DNA of 59,923 nucleotides, from NCBI GenBank assembly GCA_028286465.1, contig JAQBRN010000004.1, positions 1 through 59,923 of the forward strand. Direction: 5' to 3'. Each line of letters starts with the position of its first letter. The first letter of the stretch is position 1. A program made the position numbers and the translations under genes. Under the pieces are notes generated by a model. It was not told the origin of the DNA. It worked only from the letters and a program-made list of their open reading frames with translations, and made no database searches. Positions 44,321-52,889 of this stretch are shown here, piece by piece. The DNA comes from Parcubacteria group bacterium. GTDB lineage: Bacteria > Patescibacteriota > Minisyncoccia > Phycocordibacterales > Zambryskibacteraceae.

Positions 44321-45148
44321 TCACGCGGCTTTTGCCGTCAGGAGACTCTTCTTCCAGCTTGCAAGGAAGCTCATGATCGAAGAGTGAACGCTGTCGTCCA
44401 TAAGCGTGAAGCGCGCCTCTCGCTCAATGTCCGCCTTCTCGGCGAGAAGCTCGCGGATGGTCCCGAGGCGCCTTTCATAGGCTACGGCAATACTTTCTTG
44501 CCGTACGCTCCGCGCATACATGCCCAAGGTCTCGAGTCCGGCTTCGATCTGGCGCAAGATCTGGATCTGGATGCGATGCCGAGAGAGTTCCTTGTTCTGG
44601 CGCTCGATCCAGAGTTCGCCCACCTCAAGCACGGTCCGCTTCTCTGCTCCGATAATGACTTCGGGCACGCCTATGGGCCCTTCGCCAAGATCGGCGGAGT
44701 GGTACTTGACCTCGATGAGATCGCCGTCGCCAATCTTTTCCTTCAAGCGGTCGAACTTCGACGTGGTGTCGTTGGTGAAGGTCACATCCATGGCGAGGCC
44801 GAGGTGCTCCGTACCGCCCTCAAGGCCCGGGAACTCGACCAGAAGATCGATGCCGTTCACATAGTCGTCGTAGCGCGAGGTCTTCGCCGTGGTGGCATTA
44901 TCGCCGAACCAGTTCGAAAGTTCGCCGTGCTCGAGCACTACCGCCTCAAAGATATCGGCAACCTTTTTCATTTCGCCGGATTCGCGCGTTGCACCCTTCT
45001 CAAACTTAGCATCGAGGTCATCGGCGCGTGCGATATCGGCCGCGTCCGTCTCATGAACCCTCGCCGCCTCAAGCGCCCGTTCGGCCTTGTCGTGGATACG
45101 GTCAAGGTCGACGCTCTCAAGCGCTGCGCCTTCGAATGAATTTCTCAT
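44321..45148 (-). CDS. hypothetical protein, first gene of the ATPase operon
   Basis: 275 aa; TATAAT 6 nt upstream of ATG; acidic. A possible D...EVK motif (AMDVT...DLIEVK) is only weakly suggestive of a PD-(D/E)xK fold. Confidence 0.6.
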   Translation of the reverse strand: MRNSFEGAALESVDLDRIHDKAERALEAARVHETDAADIARADDLDAKFEKGATRESGEMKKVADIFEAVVLEHGELSNWFGDNATTAKTSRYDDYVNGIDLLVEFPGLEGGTEHLGLAMDVTFTNDTTSKFDRLKEKIGDGDLIEVKYHSADLGEGPIGVPEVIIGAEKRTVLEVGELWIERQNKELSRHRIQIQILRQIEAGLETLGMYARSVRQESIAVAYERRLGTIRELLAEKADIEREARFTLMDDSVHSSIMSFLASWKKSLLTAKAA

Positions 45149-45288
45149 ATAACGATTATAGCCTAACTCTAGACAAATACTCTAAACGATTCCGCACTGG
45201 CACTATCCACATGTTACACACCATTTATCGCCATATTTGCACACCTTGCAAGTAGTCATGACCGCCCGAGAACAGGTATCATACTCAT

Positions 45289-46707
45289 ATGCAGGAATCA
45301 TCTCTCGCCTCTTTGAAGATCCGCGTCCCTCCGCACAACCTCGAAGCCGAAATGGCGCTTCTCGGTTCCGTCATGCTGCGCCCCGATGCGGTCTACGAGA
45401 TCATGGACATGGTCACGCCGCAGTCCTTCTATTTCGATAAGAATCGCACTATTTATGAGACGATGCTCGACCTCTTCGCGAAGCACGAGCCGATCGACCT
45501 TCTGTCGTTGTCTTCGAGATTGAAGGAAAAGGAACTCCTGGAGCGCATCGGCGGCTCGACCTTCCTCACCGAGCTCACCTCGCTCGTCCCCTCTTCGGCG
45601 AACATCAAGCACTACGCATCGATCATCCAGAAAAAGTTCATGATGCGCGAGCTTATCCAGGCGTCCGAATTCATTTCCCACCTGGGCTTCAACGAAGCGG
45701 GCGAACTCGAAGAGATCCTCGACCAGGCGGAGAAGAAGGTCTTCGACATCACCCAGCACTTCACCGCTGCGGAGAACTTCAAGGATCTCAAGCCCCTGCT
45801 TCATGAAGCCTTCGAGCGCTTCGAGATGCTTTCTTCGGCCGAGCACGAATTGCGCGGCGTGGCGACAGGCTTCAAGTCCTTGGACGACATTCTCGGTGGT
45901 TTCCAGAAGTCCGACCTCATCATCCTCGCCGCCCGCCCATCCGTGGGTAAAACCGCCTTCGCTCTCGATGTGGCCCGCCGCGTGGCATCGGGCCCCGATC
46001 ACTCTCCCGTCGGCGTCTTCTCCCTGGAAATGTCCGCCGACCAGCTCGTCGACCGTATCGTCGCTGCCCAATCGAAGGTCGATGCATCGATCATCAGAAA
46101 GGGTGTCCGCTCTCAATCCGGAACATGGCGGGACGAGACCTTCAAGAACATTTCCACAGCCCTCGACGAACTCTCGCGCGCTCCCATATACATCGACGAC
46201 CAGGCTGGCAACACCATCCTTCGCATGAGAAGCGCTGCCCGTAAGCTCAAGATGGAGAAAGGCCTCAAGCTTCTCATCGTCGACTACCTCCAGCTCATGG
46301 CTCCGTCGCACTCGAAGGCATCGGACAACATGAACCAGCAAGTGACGGAGATTTCCCGTTCCTTGAAGCACCTGGCGCGCGAACTTCAGATCCCTGTCAT
46401 CGCCCTTTCGCAGCTCTCGCGTAACATAGAGAACCGCGGCGGCAAGCCTCGGCTCTCGGACCTCCGTGATTCCGGCTCCATCGAACAGGATGCCGACCTC
46501 GTCATGTTCATCCACGCCGAACAGGAAGATATCAGAGACGAATCCGGCAAAATGAAGGAGGTACAAAGAAAGCAGATCATCATTGCCAAGCACAGAAACG
46601 GCCCACTCGGCGAAGTGACCCTCGACTTCCACTCGAGACACGGGCTCTTTGTCGAGATCGATTATTCGAACTACGGCAAGACCGACGACGAATTTAAAAA
46701 CTTCTAG
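45289..46707 (+). CDS. dnaB: replicative DNA helicase
   Basis: 472 aa; PPHNLEAEMALLGSVM, ARPSVGKTAFAL (Walker A), LLIVDYLQLM, ALSQLSR. Confidence 0.95.
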   Translation: MQESSLASLKIRVPPHNLEAEMALLGSVMLRPDAVYEIMDMVTPQSFYFDKNRTIYETMLDLFAKHEPIDLLSLSSRLKEKELLERIGGSTFLTELTSLVPSSANIKHYASIIQKKFMMRELIQASEFISHLGFNEAGELEEILDQAEKKVFDITQHFTAAENFKDLKPLLHEAFERFEMLSSAEHELRGVATGFKSLDDILGGFQKSDLIILAARPSVGKTAFALDVARRVASGPDHSPVGVFSLEMSADQLVDRIVAAQSKVDASIIRKGVRSQSGTWRDETFKNISTALDELSRAPIYIDDQAGNTILRMRSAARKLKMEKGLKLLIVDYLQLMAPSHSKASDNMNQQVTEISRSLKHLARELQIPVIALSQLSRNIENRGGKPRLSDLRDSGSIEQDADLVMFIHAEQEDIRDESGKMKEVQRKQIIIAKHRNGPLGEVTLDFHSRHGLFVEIDYSNYGKTDDEFKNF

Positions 46708-47330
46708 TGAACTCGATAGACAAACTGACGGAGATATTCTCCCGCTTCCCCGGCATCGGTCCGAGACAGGCCAAGCGCTTCGTCTATTACCTTTTGCAGC
46801 GGCACAACGGCACGACCGATGATCTTATACGGGCACTCGACGACCTGAAGCTCGAGACAAGCCAGTGCTCGAGGTGTTATCGCTTCTTCCCCAAAAATCA
46901 CGCCGGCTCGAATATCTGTAGCATTTGCACCGACAAGACCCGCGACGAGTCACTCCTCATGATCGTGCCTCGCGATACCGATCTCGATGCCGTGGAAAAA
47001 TCACGAAGCTTCAAAGGTCTCTACTTCGTTCTCGGCGGAGTACTTCCCGTGCTCGAAAGAGAGCCTGAGAAGCGCATTCGCATCAATGAATTACGGGAAA
47101 GGGTGAAAAGGGATGAAGGGGTGCTGAAAGAGATCATCCTTGCCATGAATGCCAATACCGAAGGGGAGAATACCTCCGACTTCCTTAAGGGCGAACTGAA
47201 GGTCTTTCAGGAAGCGAGCTTCTCGGAATTCACCATTTCGATCCTCGGCCGCGGTCTTTCGACCGGTGCCGAACTCGAGTATGCCGATCCGGATACCCTA
47301 AAGAACGCTCTCTTGCATCGCACCAAGTAA
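46707..47330 (+). CDS. recR: recombination protein RecR (GTG start)
   Basis: 207 aa; FPGIGPRQAKRFVYYLL HhH, C4 zinc finger CSRC...CSIC, Toprim region. Confidence 0.92.
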   Translation: MNSIDKLTEIFSRFPGIGPRQAKRFVYYLLQRHNGTTDDLIRALDDLKLETSQCSRCYRFFPKNHAGSNICSICTDKTRDESLLMIVPRDTDLDAVEKSRSFKGLYFVLGGVLPVLEREPEKRIRINELRERVKRDEGVLKEIILAMNANTEGENTSDFLKGELKVFQEASFSEFTISILGRGLSTGAELEYADPDTLKNALLHRTK

Positions 47331-47372
47331 AGTGGTATCAAGGATAAAGAATCCCCTTCACCGAGATGCGAC

Positions 47373-47636
47373 ATGAATCTTTTGTTCATTTCTCTTGCAG
47401 CAACTCTTGCCTTCCTTTTCGCCCTACGGGCAAGTGAACAAGCCAAGAGAACCGGCAAGGCCCGGATATGGCCGATGCTCGTGATCGGTTTTGCCGGCGG
47501 CTATCGACATGGTTTAATCGAGCTTCCTTGGGAAGAGCATGCGGCCACCCACCCTTTCACCTTCATAGCTCTGGGGTTGATGCTTGCTTATGGTGCATAT
47601 GCTTGCTGGCTTACTTATAAGTACAGCGCCAGCTAA
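47373..47636 (+). CDS. hypothetical small membrane protein
   Basis: 87 aa, three hydrophobic helices. Confidence 0.5.
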   Translation: MNLLFISLAATLAFLFALRASEQAKRTGKARIWPMLVIGFAGGYRHGLIELPWEEHAATHPFTFIALGLMLAYGAYACWLTYKYSAS

Positions 47637-47668
47637 TAAAAACCCCGGAGTGATCCGAGGCTTTTTTC
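47637..47668. terminator. bidirectional terminator between 47373..47636 and rplU
   Basis: A-run, ccccgga-gtga-tccgagg imperfect hairpin, TTTTTT. Confidence 0.6.
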
Positions 47669-47671
47669 TTA

Positions 47672-48079
47672 TTATTTGATGCTGTCGATCTCTACTTCGA
47701 AATATGGCTGGCGATGTCCGTTCTTTTTGAAATAACGCGACTTCTGCTTGTATTTGATAACGGTGACCTTCGCCAAGCGGCCGATGGTCTTAAGGGTAGC
47801 TGAGACATGCATACCCTTCACGAATGGGTTACCAAGCTTGGGTTCTTCGTCGACGAAGAGGAGTACGGAGTCGAAGATAATATTATCTCCCACTTTATGC
47901 TCGCCTTGAAGCTTCTCGACCTTTATGACTTGGCCTGGACGAACAAGGTACTGCTTGCCGCCGGTGGCAATGATGGCAAAGGCCTTCGAAGCCTCATGTG
48001 AGGCCTTCTTAGAGCTCTTGGGAGCCTTCTTCGCGACCTTCTTAGGGGCTGCTTTCTTAGTGGGGGTTGCTTCTGCCAT
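47672..48079 (-). CDS. rplU: 50S ribosomal protein L21 with Lys/Ala/Pro-rich N-terminal extension
   Basis: 135 aa; FAIIATGGKQYLVRPGQVIKVEKL core preceded by about 33 aa MAEATPTKKAAPKKVAKKAPKSSKKAS. Confidence 0.9.
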   Translation of the reverse strand: MAEATPTKKAAPKKVAKKAPKSSKKASHEASKAFAIIATGGKQYLVRPGQVIKVEKLQGEHKVGDNIIFDSVLLFVDEEPKLGNPFVKGMHVSATLKTIGRLAKVTVIKYKQKSRYFKKNGHRQPYFEVEIDSIK

Positions 48080-48135
48080 AGGGACATAATTTTACATATA
48101 TTCTGAAAATGCGCAATAGGTATGAAAAGCCCGCC

Positions 48136-48849
48136 TTATCGGCGGGCCTGGCCATACTGCTTCAAGAACATAGGGTTCGTATCGCGGAGCATGCGGAGCT
48201 TGTTGAGGCTATCCCCGCTCCGGTCATCGAAGCGAATATCGGCGTACTCCTCGAGCGAGTCCGAGATGGCTGTGCGGTCAAGGATCTCACCGCGCTCGAT
48301 AGCCGCGAGCACGTTCATCGCCAACTTGTCGGCCGCAATTTGCAAAGCACCCTCGCTAAGCTTATCGGTTTCGAGTTTGCTGGACCCCACTACGGCCGAT
48401 TCCCCAGAGCTGATCAATTTCGGAATATCCTCCGTGAGAAACAACTTGAGCGAAGGGAAGAAATCCTCCCTCGACGCATAGCGGTTGATGCCCAGGGTAA
48501 GATACGGCCGATGCATACTATCGGAGAGCCTGTGATCGTTCCAGATGACGACGGCCCTTCCCCTCTCCGTATCAGGGATACACTCGGCGAATCTGAGGCC
48601 TTCACCCCTATTGTTGCCTACGACGATAAGATCATACCTTTCGTTCCTGAAGGCCCGGTCGATCGCCTTGAGTAATTCCGCATTACTGCCATGTTTTCGA
48701 AGTTCCACCATACCCTCGAGCTCAGGGCCCTCGGGGTAAAGGTCATTGAGACCAATGACATCGACATCGAATGAATTGATCTGTCCGGCATAGTTCTTCG
48801 TGAGGTCAACATCGATATTCGTGCTCAGCACCAGGATCTGCTTCTTCAT
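48136..48849 (-). CDS. hypothetical protein
   Basis: 237 aa; GGAGAG SD; the N-terminal half has a flavodoxin/receiver-like strand pattern (ILVLST...DLIVVGNN), not conclusive. Confidence 0.6.
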   Translation of the reverse strand: MKKQILVLSTNIDVDLTKNYAGQINSFDVDVIGLNDLYPEGPELEGMVELRKHGSNAELLKAIDRAFRNERYDLIVVGNNRGEGLRFAECIPDTERGRAVVIWNDHRLSDSMHRPYLTLGINRYASREDFFPSLKLFLTEDIPKLISSGESAVVGSSKLETDKLSEGALQIAADKLAMNVLAAIERGEILDRTAISDSLEEYADIRFDDRSGDSLNKLRMLRDTNPMFLKQYGQARR

Positions 48850-48887
48850 GGAACTCTCCTATAGTGAGAACATCTGCCAAGAAAATA

Positions 48888-49970
48888 CTACTCCAAAGCC
48901 GGCCTGTCAACGCCGAGCGTTTCGAGCCCTGCCGAGGTGCCGGTGATGCGCAGCACGTCTTTGTCTATCTTGCCGAGCTCCTTGCCGCCGGCATTGTAGT
49001 GATTGACCACGGTCGAGAGCGTCGAGCCGAGCTTCGTGTAGTACTCTTCGTATGATTTCAAATGCCGACCGAGATCCGAGACCTTCTTCACGATCTCCTG
49101 AGCCTTCTCTTCTATCTGCAAAGCCTTCAACCCTTGAAGTACCGTCTGAAGGTATGCGAGGAAGGAGGTTGGAGAAACGATAATGACCTTGTACTTCTGC
49201 GCCGCACGCTGGATCAGAGACTCATTGTCTTCGCTCGTGGCTCCGATCTTGTTCACGATGAGGTCGTAGTAGATAGCCTCATGAGGAATGAACATGAACG
49301 CGAAGTCCATTGTCCCCTTCTCCGGACGGATGTATTTCGAAGTCTCGGTAATGCGATTCTTAAGATCGCTCACGAAGAGCTTCTCCAAACGGATCTTTTC
49401 TTGCGGATCCTTCTCTTCGACCAAGCGATTGTAATTCTCCAAGGAGAACTTCGAGTCGACGGGGATGATCTTCTCCTTCACGAAGACGACTGCATCCGGT
49501 ATGAGCCGCGCGCCATCGTCGTCCACTCCAAGTTCGAATTGCATTTCGTATGAGCCGGGCGGCATGCAGTTCTTCAGAAGGGTCTCCAAGTAATACTCGC
49601 CCAAGATGCCGCGCTGCTTCGGATTCTTCAGAATGTCTTCGAGCGACTGGAGCTGATCGGCAAAGGAGACCACTTGCCTGTTCGTTTCGTCGAGCTTCGT
49701 GAGGCCTTCTGTCACCTCGCGTATGAGCTTCGCCGACTCGCCGAATTGCGAACGGACCGACTCGTGCATTAAGGTATTCGTCTCCGTCATCTTCCGATCC
49801 ATTGTCCGACCGAGCTCGTTCATCTGCTGCAAGAGAAGATCGAGACCCTTATTGTCCGATTGCTCAACCGGCCTTTGTCCACGCATAAGGACGGCCACAA
49901 GCAGGCCGATGATAATAAGTCCGAGAATGATAATAGCTACAGTCATCCGGCCATTATATAATGAAAGCAT
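48888..49970 (-). CDS. rmuC: DNA recombination protein RmuC
   Basis: N-terminal TM, coiled coil, then FMFIPHEAIYYDL and C-terminal RmuC nuclease-like region; start at 49970 (GGAG upstream) or 49946. Confidence 0.85.
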   Translation of the reverse strand: MLSLYNGRMTVAIIILGLIIIGLLVAVLMRGQRPVEQSDNKGLDLLLQQMNELGRTMDRKMTETNTLMHESVRSQFGESAKLIREVTEGLTKLDETNRQVVSFADQLQSLEDILKNPKQRGILGEYYLETLLKNCMPPGSYEMQFELGVDDDGARLIPDAVVFVKEKIIPVDSKFSLENYNRLVEEKDPQEKIRLEKLFVSDLKNRITETSKYIRPEKGTMDFAFMFIPHEAIYYDLIVNKIGATSEDNESLIQRAAQKYKVIIVSPTSFLAYLQTVLQGLKALQIEEKAQEIVKKVSDLGRHLKSYEEYYTKLGSTLSTVVNHYNAGGKELGKIDKDVLRITGTSAGLETLGVDRPALE

Positions 49971-50421
49971 GTCACTCCAAAACGAAATCAAATCCAAGAT
50001 CAAAGAAGCCCTTGTAGCCAAGGATCAAACAAGACTCCTCGTCTTCCGCGGCCTGCTCGCCTCCTTCATGAACGAGCTTGTAGCCAAGAAACGAAAACCA
50101 GACGAAGAACTCGCTGATGAGGACGCTCTTGCGGTCGTCTCTCGGGCAGTCAAACAAAGAAAAGACTCGATCGAGCAATTCGAAAAAGGCGGAAGGCAGG
50201 ATCTCGCAGACTCGGAGAAGGCGGAACTCGCCATTCTCGAAACCTTTCTCCCTACCCAGATGACGAAAGACGAGATCGCTGCATTTGTACAAACGAAGTT
50301 TGCCGAGCAAAGCCCAATTGACCCGGCTAAGAAGAATCAATTCATGGGCGGGATCATGAAGGACCTCAAAGGCAAGGCAGACGGGAACTTGGTGAAGGAA
50401 GCCGTCGATTCCCTTTTCTAG
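49969..50421 (+). CDS. GatB/YqeY-domain protein
   Basis: 150 aa; MSLQNEIKSKIKEALVAKDQTRLLVFRGLL... typical YqeY; TATAAT 6 nt upstream of ATG. Confidence 0.85.
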   Translation: MSLQNEIKSKIKEALVAKDQTRLLVFRGLLASFMNELVAKKRKPDEELADEDALAVVSRAVKQRKDSIEQFEKGGRQDLADSEKAELAILETFLPTQMTKDEIAAFVQTKFAEQSPIDPAKKNQFMGGIMKDLKGKADGNLVKEAVDSLF

Positions 50422-50483
50422 TTTGATATTTTAGACCGGCATGGCATAGTGAGTGAAGAATACGCACCACACCCGGAGGACGC

Positions 50484-50921
50484 ATGCGGTTCCTGAAGAA
50501 AGTAAAGGGGCTGAATTGGGAACGGATCTCGGAAGTGCACAAGATCGTCATGTGGCGTTCGCTGTGCTATGTCGAGATCGTCGCGGGAGTTTTCGCTTTC
50601 GTCTGGCATGCTCAGAGTACGGTAGAAAAGGAGAGCATGATTCTCACGAGTCTCCTCGCATATCTCGGCGGATACGCACTCGACTTTCGTGAAGAATACA
50701 AAAGCCCGAAGAGCCACGGCGATCTGATCCTCGACGGCCATATCGCCAGGGGAAGATTCCTCCGCTACCGCAATCCGATCGCCATCATCTACTGGACGCT
50801 TCGGGGAGTGCATTGGTGCCTTGATCAGGCCTTCGTCGTCCTGCCCACCAAGCGGCAAGTAAAGAAGCGCTGCGCCATCATCAAAGCCGGCGCCGAAAGA
50901 TACAGGAGCAGAAAAAAGTAG
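50484..50921 (+). CDS. hypothetical membrane protein
   Basis: 145 aa; GGAGG SD, two TM helices, own terminator; preferred over the 423-aa antisense ORF. Confidence 0.55.
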   Translation: MRFLKKVKGLNWERISEVHKIVMWRSLCYVEIVAGVFAFVWHAQSTVEKESMILTSLLAYLGGYALDFREEYKSPKSHGDLILDGHIARGRFLRYRNPIAIIYWTLRGVHWCLDQAFVVLPTKRQVKKRCAIIKAGAERYRSRKK

Positions 50922-50942
50922 CACGCTTGAGCGTGCTTTTTC
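50920..50942 (+). terminator. rho-independent terminator
   Basis: agcacgc-ttga-gcgtgct + TTTT. Confidence 0.75.
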
Positions 50943-51023
50943 ATATATACCTCTGACTTGACTTTTTATCTCTTTCTTGTATAAAGATAGACAGATCGAT
51001 CCTCGACCACCACGGAGGTGGGT

Positions 51024-51686
51024 ATGACAACGCTCCAGCAAGTCGAGCTCCAATGTCCGATCTGCGAGACGCGATTCCGTTCGCAGACAGTCGTATCGAC
51101 GAATTCCTTCGGAGGCAAGCACACGGACTTCCACGAGCGGGCAACCGGCACCCAGCCCCTGCCCTACCTCATCCATACCTGCAATCGCTGCGGGTACTCG
51201 GGAGCCGATCGTGACTTCACGGAAGAAGCCGATGTTTCTCCCACACTCAAAGAGCGTGTCTGGAACGAACTGGCGCCAAGCATCACCTCCGGGACCCTGA
51301 CAGGTTCCGAGAAGTACGAGGCAGCAGCGAAGATCGCCGAGTGGCAAGGCATGGAAGCCCGGCACATCGCCGACCTCTATATCCGCGCCGCCTGGTGCAC
51401 GGTCGACGAAGGCGACATCGAAGCCGAGCGCTATTTCCGCCGCAGGAGTGTCTGGAAGTTCGTGGAAGCGCTTGAGTCCTTCGACGGGATAACCCGCGAT
51501 GAGCGACCTGTCATCACGTATCTCGTAGGGGAACTCTGGCGGCGTATCGGTGATCTCACGCAGGCATGCAAGTGGTTCGGCAAGGTTCCTAAAGCAGTGG
51601 CTGAACACGAAGACCCCGCCTCCAGACAATGGGTTATCGACGCGGCACGGCAGCAACGCGACAACCCCCGCGAATGGTTCGGTTAG
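51024..51686 (+). CDS. DUF2225-like zinc-ribbon / helical-repeat protein
   Basis: 220 aa from ATG 5 nt after GGAGG; CPICETRF...CNRCGYSG zinc ribbon followed by a TPR-like helical region. Confidence 0.6.
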   Translation: MTTLQQVELQCPICETRFRSQTVVSTNSFGGKHTDFHERATGTQPLPYLIHTCNRCGYSGADRDFTEEADVSPTLKERVWNELAPSITSGTLTGSEKYEAAAKIAEWQGMEARHIADLYIRAAWCTVDEGDIEAERYFRRRSVWKFVEALESFDGITRDERPVITYLVGELWRRIGDLTQACKWFGKVPKAVAEHEDPASRQWVIDAARQQRDNPREWFG

Positions 51687-51711
51687 CACCGGTTCTCACC
51701 GGTGCTTTTTA
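51685..51711 (+). terminator. rho-independent terminator
   Basis: agcaccgg-N6-ccggtgct + TTTTT. Confidence 0.8.
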
Positions 51712-51809
51712 TTATACGTGTTGACTTGACATTATATATAAGGTGTGATAATGTATAGATCAGAAGTTCGACGTACAAAGTCCGAGTTCTTCTCTTCCTT
51801 GGAGGCGTA

Positions 51810-52172
51810 ATGTACAGGCCAGACGAAGCAGTCTTGCAAGAGTACGTCGCTGAAATCAAGCAGAGGATCGAGAACGGCATGGATCGCTTCAAAGCGCTCA
51901 ACGCCGTACTCGACAAGTATCTCGACAAGAGTACGCACGCAAACGATCGGCAGCTCATCTACGAAGTCGTGCTCGATGAGCTCCTGCGTCAGGTCGGTGT
52001 TCCCATTCCCAAGGCGGCGAAGCCGACGGGAACCCTGTTCGCGACCGGTCGCATTCCTCGACGCAATCAAAACTTCGATGTCGGCCAACTGCGGTCCGGC
52101 GAAGAAGCTCAGGAACGCGCCGATGCGATCGCGGAAGAATTCCGCAACGCCAATAACCAGGACGTAGCCTAG
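51810..52172 (+). CDS. hypothetical protein
   Basis: 120 aa, helical; GGAGG SD. Confidence 0.55.
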   Translation: MYRPDEAVLQEYVAEIKQRIENGMDRFKALNAVLDKYLDKSTHANDRQLIYEVVLDELLRQVGVPIPKAAKPTGTLFATGRIPRRNQNFDVGQLRSGEEAQERADAIAEEFRNANNQDVA

Positions 52173-52184
52173 CTACGTCCTTTT
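52160..52184 (+). terminator. terminator hairpin with T-run on the + strand only, containing the stop codons of both convergent genes 51810..52172 and ogt
   Basis: ggacgtagc-cta-gctacgtcc (9 bp) followed by TTTT on the + strand; the sequence preceding the hairpin (aaccag) gives no T-run on the - strand (ogt side). Confidence 0.7.
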
Positions 52185-52442
52185 ACTTATGTATCCTTCT
52201 TCTTTCAAAAGCTTCTCCTTCTTCCCCTGAAAGCCGTTGTATCCGCCGATCTTGCCGTCGCTTCGTATGACCCTATGGCAGGGCACCTTCGGATCCTTGT
52301 TTTTATTTAAAATGTTCCCTACCGCGCGAAAGGCAAATGGACGGCCAACCCTCTCGGCCACTTCCTTGTAGGTCATGACCCTTCCCTTCGGAATGGTCTT
52401 CACCACCTTATGGATATCTTCTTCGAATGTTGGGAAACGCAT
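52173..52442 (-). CDS. ogt: methylated-DNA--protein-cysteine methyltransferase, C-terminal (DNA-binding/active-site) domain only
   Basis: 89 aa from ATG 6 nt after TGcTATAAT; active site PCHRVI; no N-terminal domain. Confidence 0.85.
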   Translation of the reverse strand: MRFPTFEEDIHKVVKTIPKGRVMTYKEVAERVGRPFAFRAVGNILNKNKDPKVPCHRVIRSDGKIGGYNGFQGKKEKLLKEEGYISKRT

Positions 52443-52481
52443 ATTGGGATTATAGCAAATAAAAAGACCCACATGCGTGGG

Positions 52482-52799
52482 TCAGCTGACGAGCCGGACA
52501 GGGACTTCTGCCGCTGCGGCTTCGAACACATTGAGGTGCGAGGAACGAACCAATTCGGCTCTGCCGCCGAGCCGCTTGATGAAGACCGAATACAACATGC
52601 CGAACTGGGATGAAAACGCCTCGAACTTTCTCAGTTCCTCATCGTTACAAACCCAGAACGTATATTCCTCGCCCTTGTATTGCAGCAAGACTTCTTTCTC
52701 TGCACCGAAAGTGATAAAGAGCATCCTCTCGGTCTCTTCGCTTGTCGGTCCGTTCGGGCTAGCAAACCCGTTCAGATAGTACACATGTCCGATGCGCAT
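52482..52799 (-). CDS. hypothetical protein
   Basis: 105 aa; GAGG SD; no family recognised. Confidence 0.5.
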   Translation of the reverse strand: MRIGHVYYLNGFASPNGPTSEETERMLFITFGAEKEVLLQYKGEEYTFWVCNDEELRKFEAFSSQFGMLYSVFIKRLGGRAELVRSSHLNVFEAAAAEVPVRLVS

Positions 52800-52850
52800 T
52801 GATACCTCGAGTAAATGGTACGACAGGGACTATACCACATAATAAGTAAT

Positions 52851-52878
52851 TTGAAAAATCCCAGAAACCTGCTACCAT
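52851..52878 (+). promoter_or_regulatory. promoter of tRNA-Glu: TTGAAA-16-TGcTACCAT
   Basis: Read directly; tRNA 5' end is 11 nt downstream of the -10 box. Confidence 0.55.
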
Positions 52879-52889
52879 TCTTCAGTTAA

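Noticed and set aside
42169-44376. A 735-aa + strand ORF antisense to the TraD/VirD4-like ATPase gene.
   Set aside because: It has no P-loop or other motif and a strongly Arg/Leu/Glu-biased composition. The - strand frame carries clear Walker A/B motifs. The same reasoning rejects other long antisense ORFs: 2540..3235, 5716..6399, 14384..15298, 20240..20950, 22507..23472, 38001..39164, 39139..39966, 39963..40691, 45298..46641, 54361..55659 and 56363..57430.
50418-51689. A 423-aa ORF on the - strand, the longest ORF in this interval.
   Set aside because: The + strand carries two ORFs (50484..50921, 51024..51686) with GGAGG SDs, individual hairpin terminators and a recognisable DUF2225-type zinc ribbon. 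The - strand translation is Arg/Gly/Pro/Leu-rich and shows no motifs, which is typical of antisense frames in GC-rich coding DNA.
51751-51810. A 19-codon upstream ORF (MYRSEVRRTKSEFFSSLEA) whose stop overlaps the ATG of 51810..52172 and which shares MYR with the main ORF.
   Set aside because: Its ATG lies inside or next to the most likely -10 region (TGtGATAAT, 51744-51752). It would therefore probably not be part of the transcript, and it has no SD.
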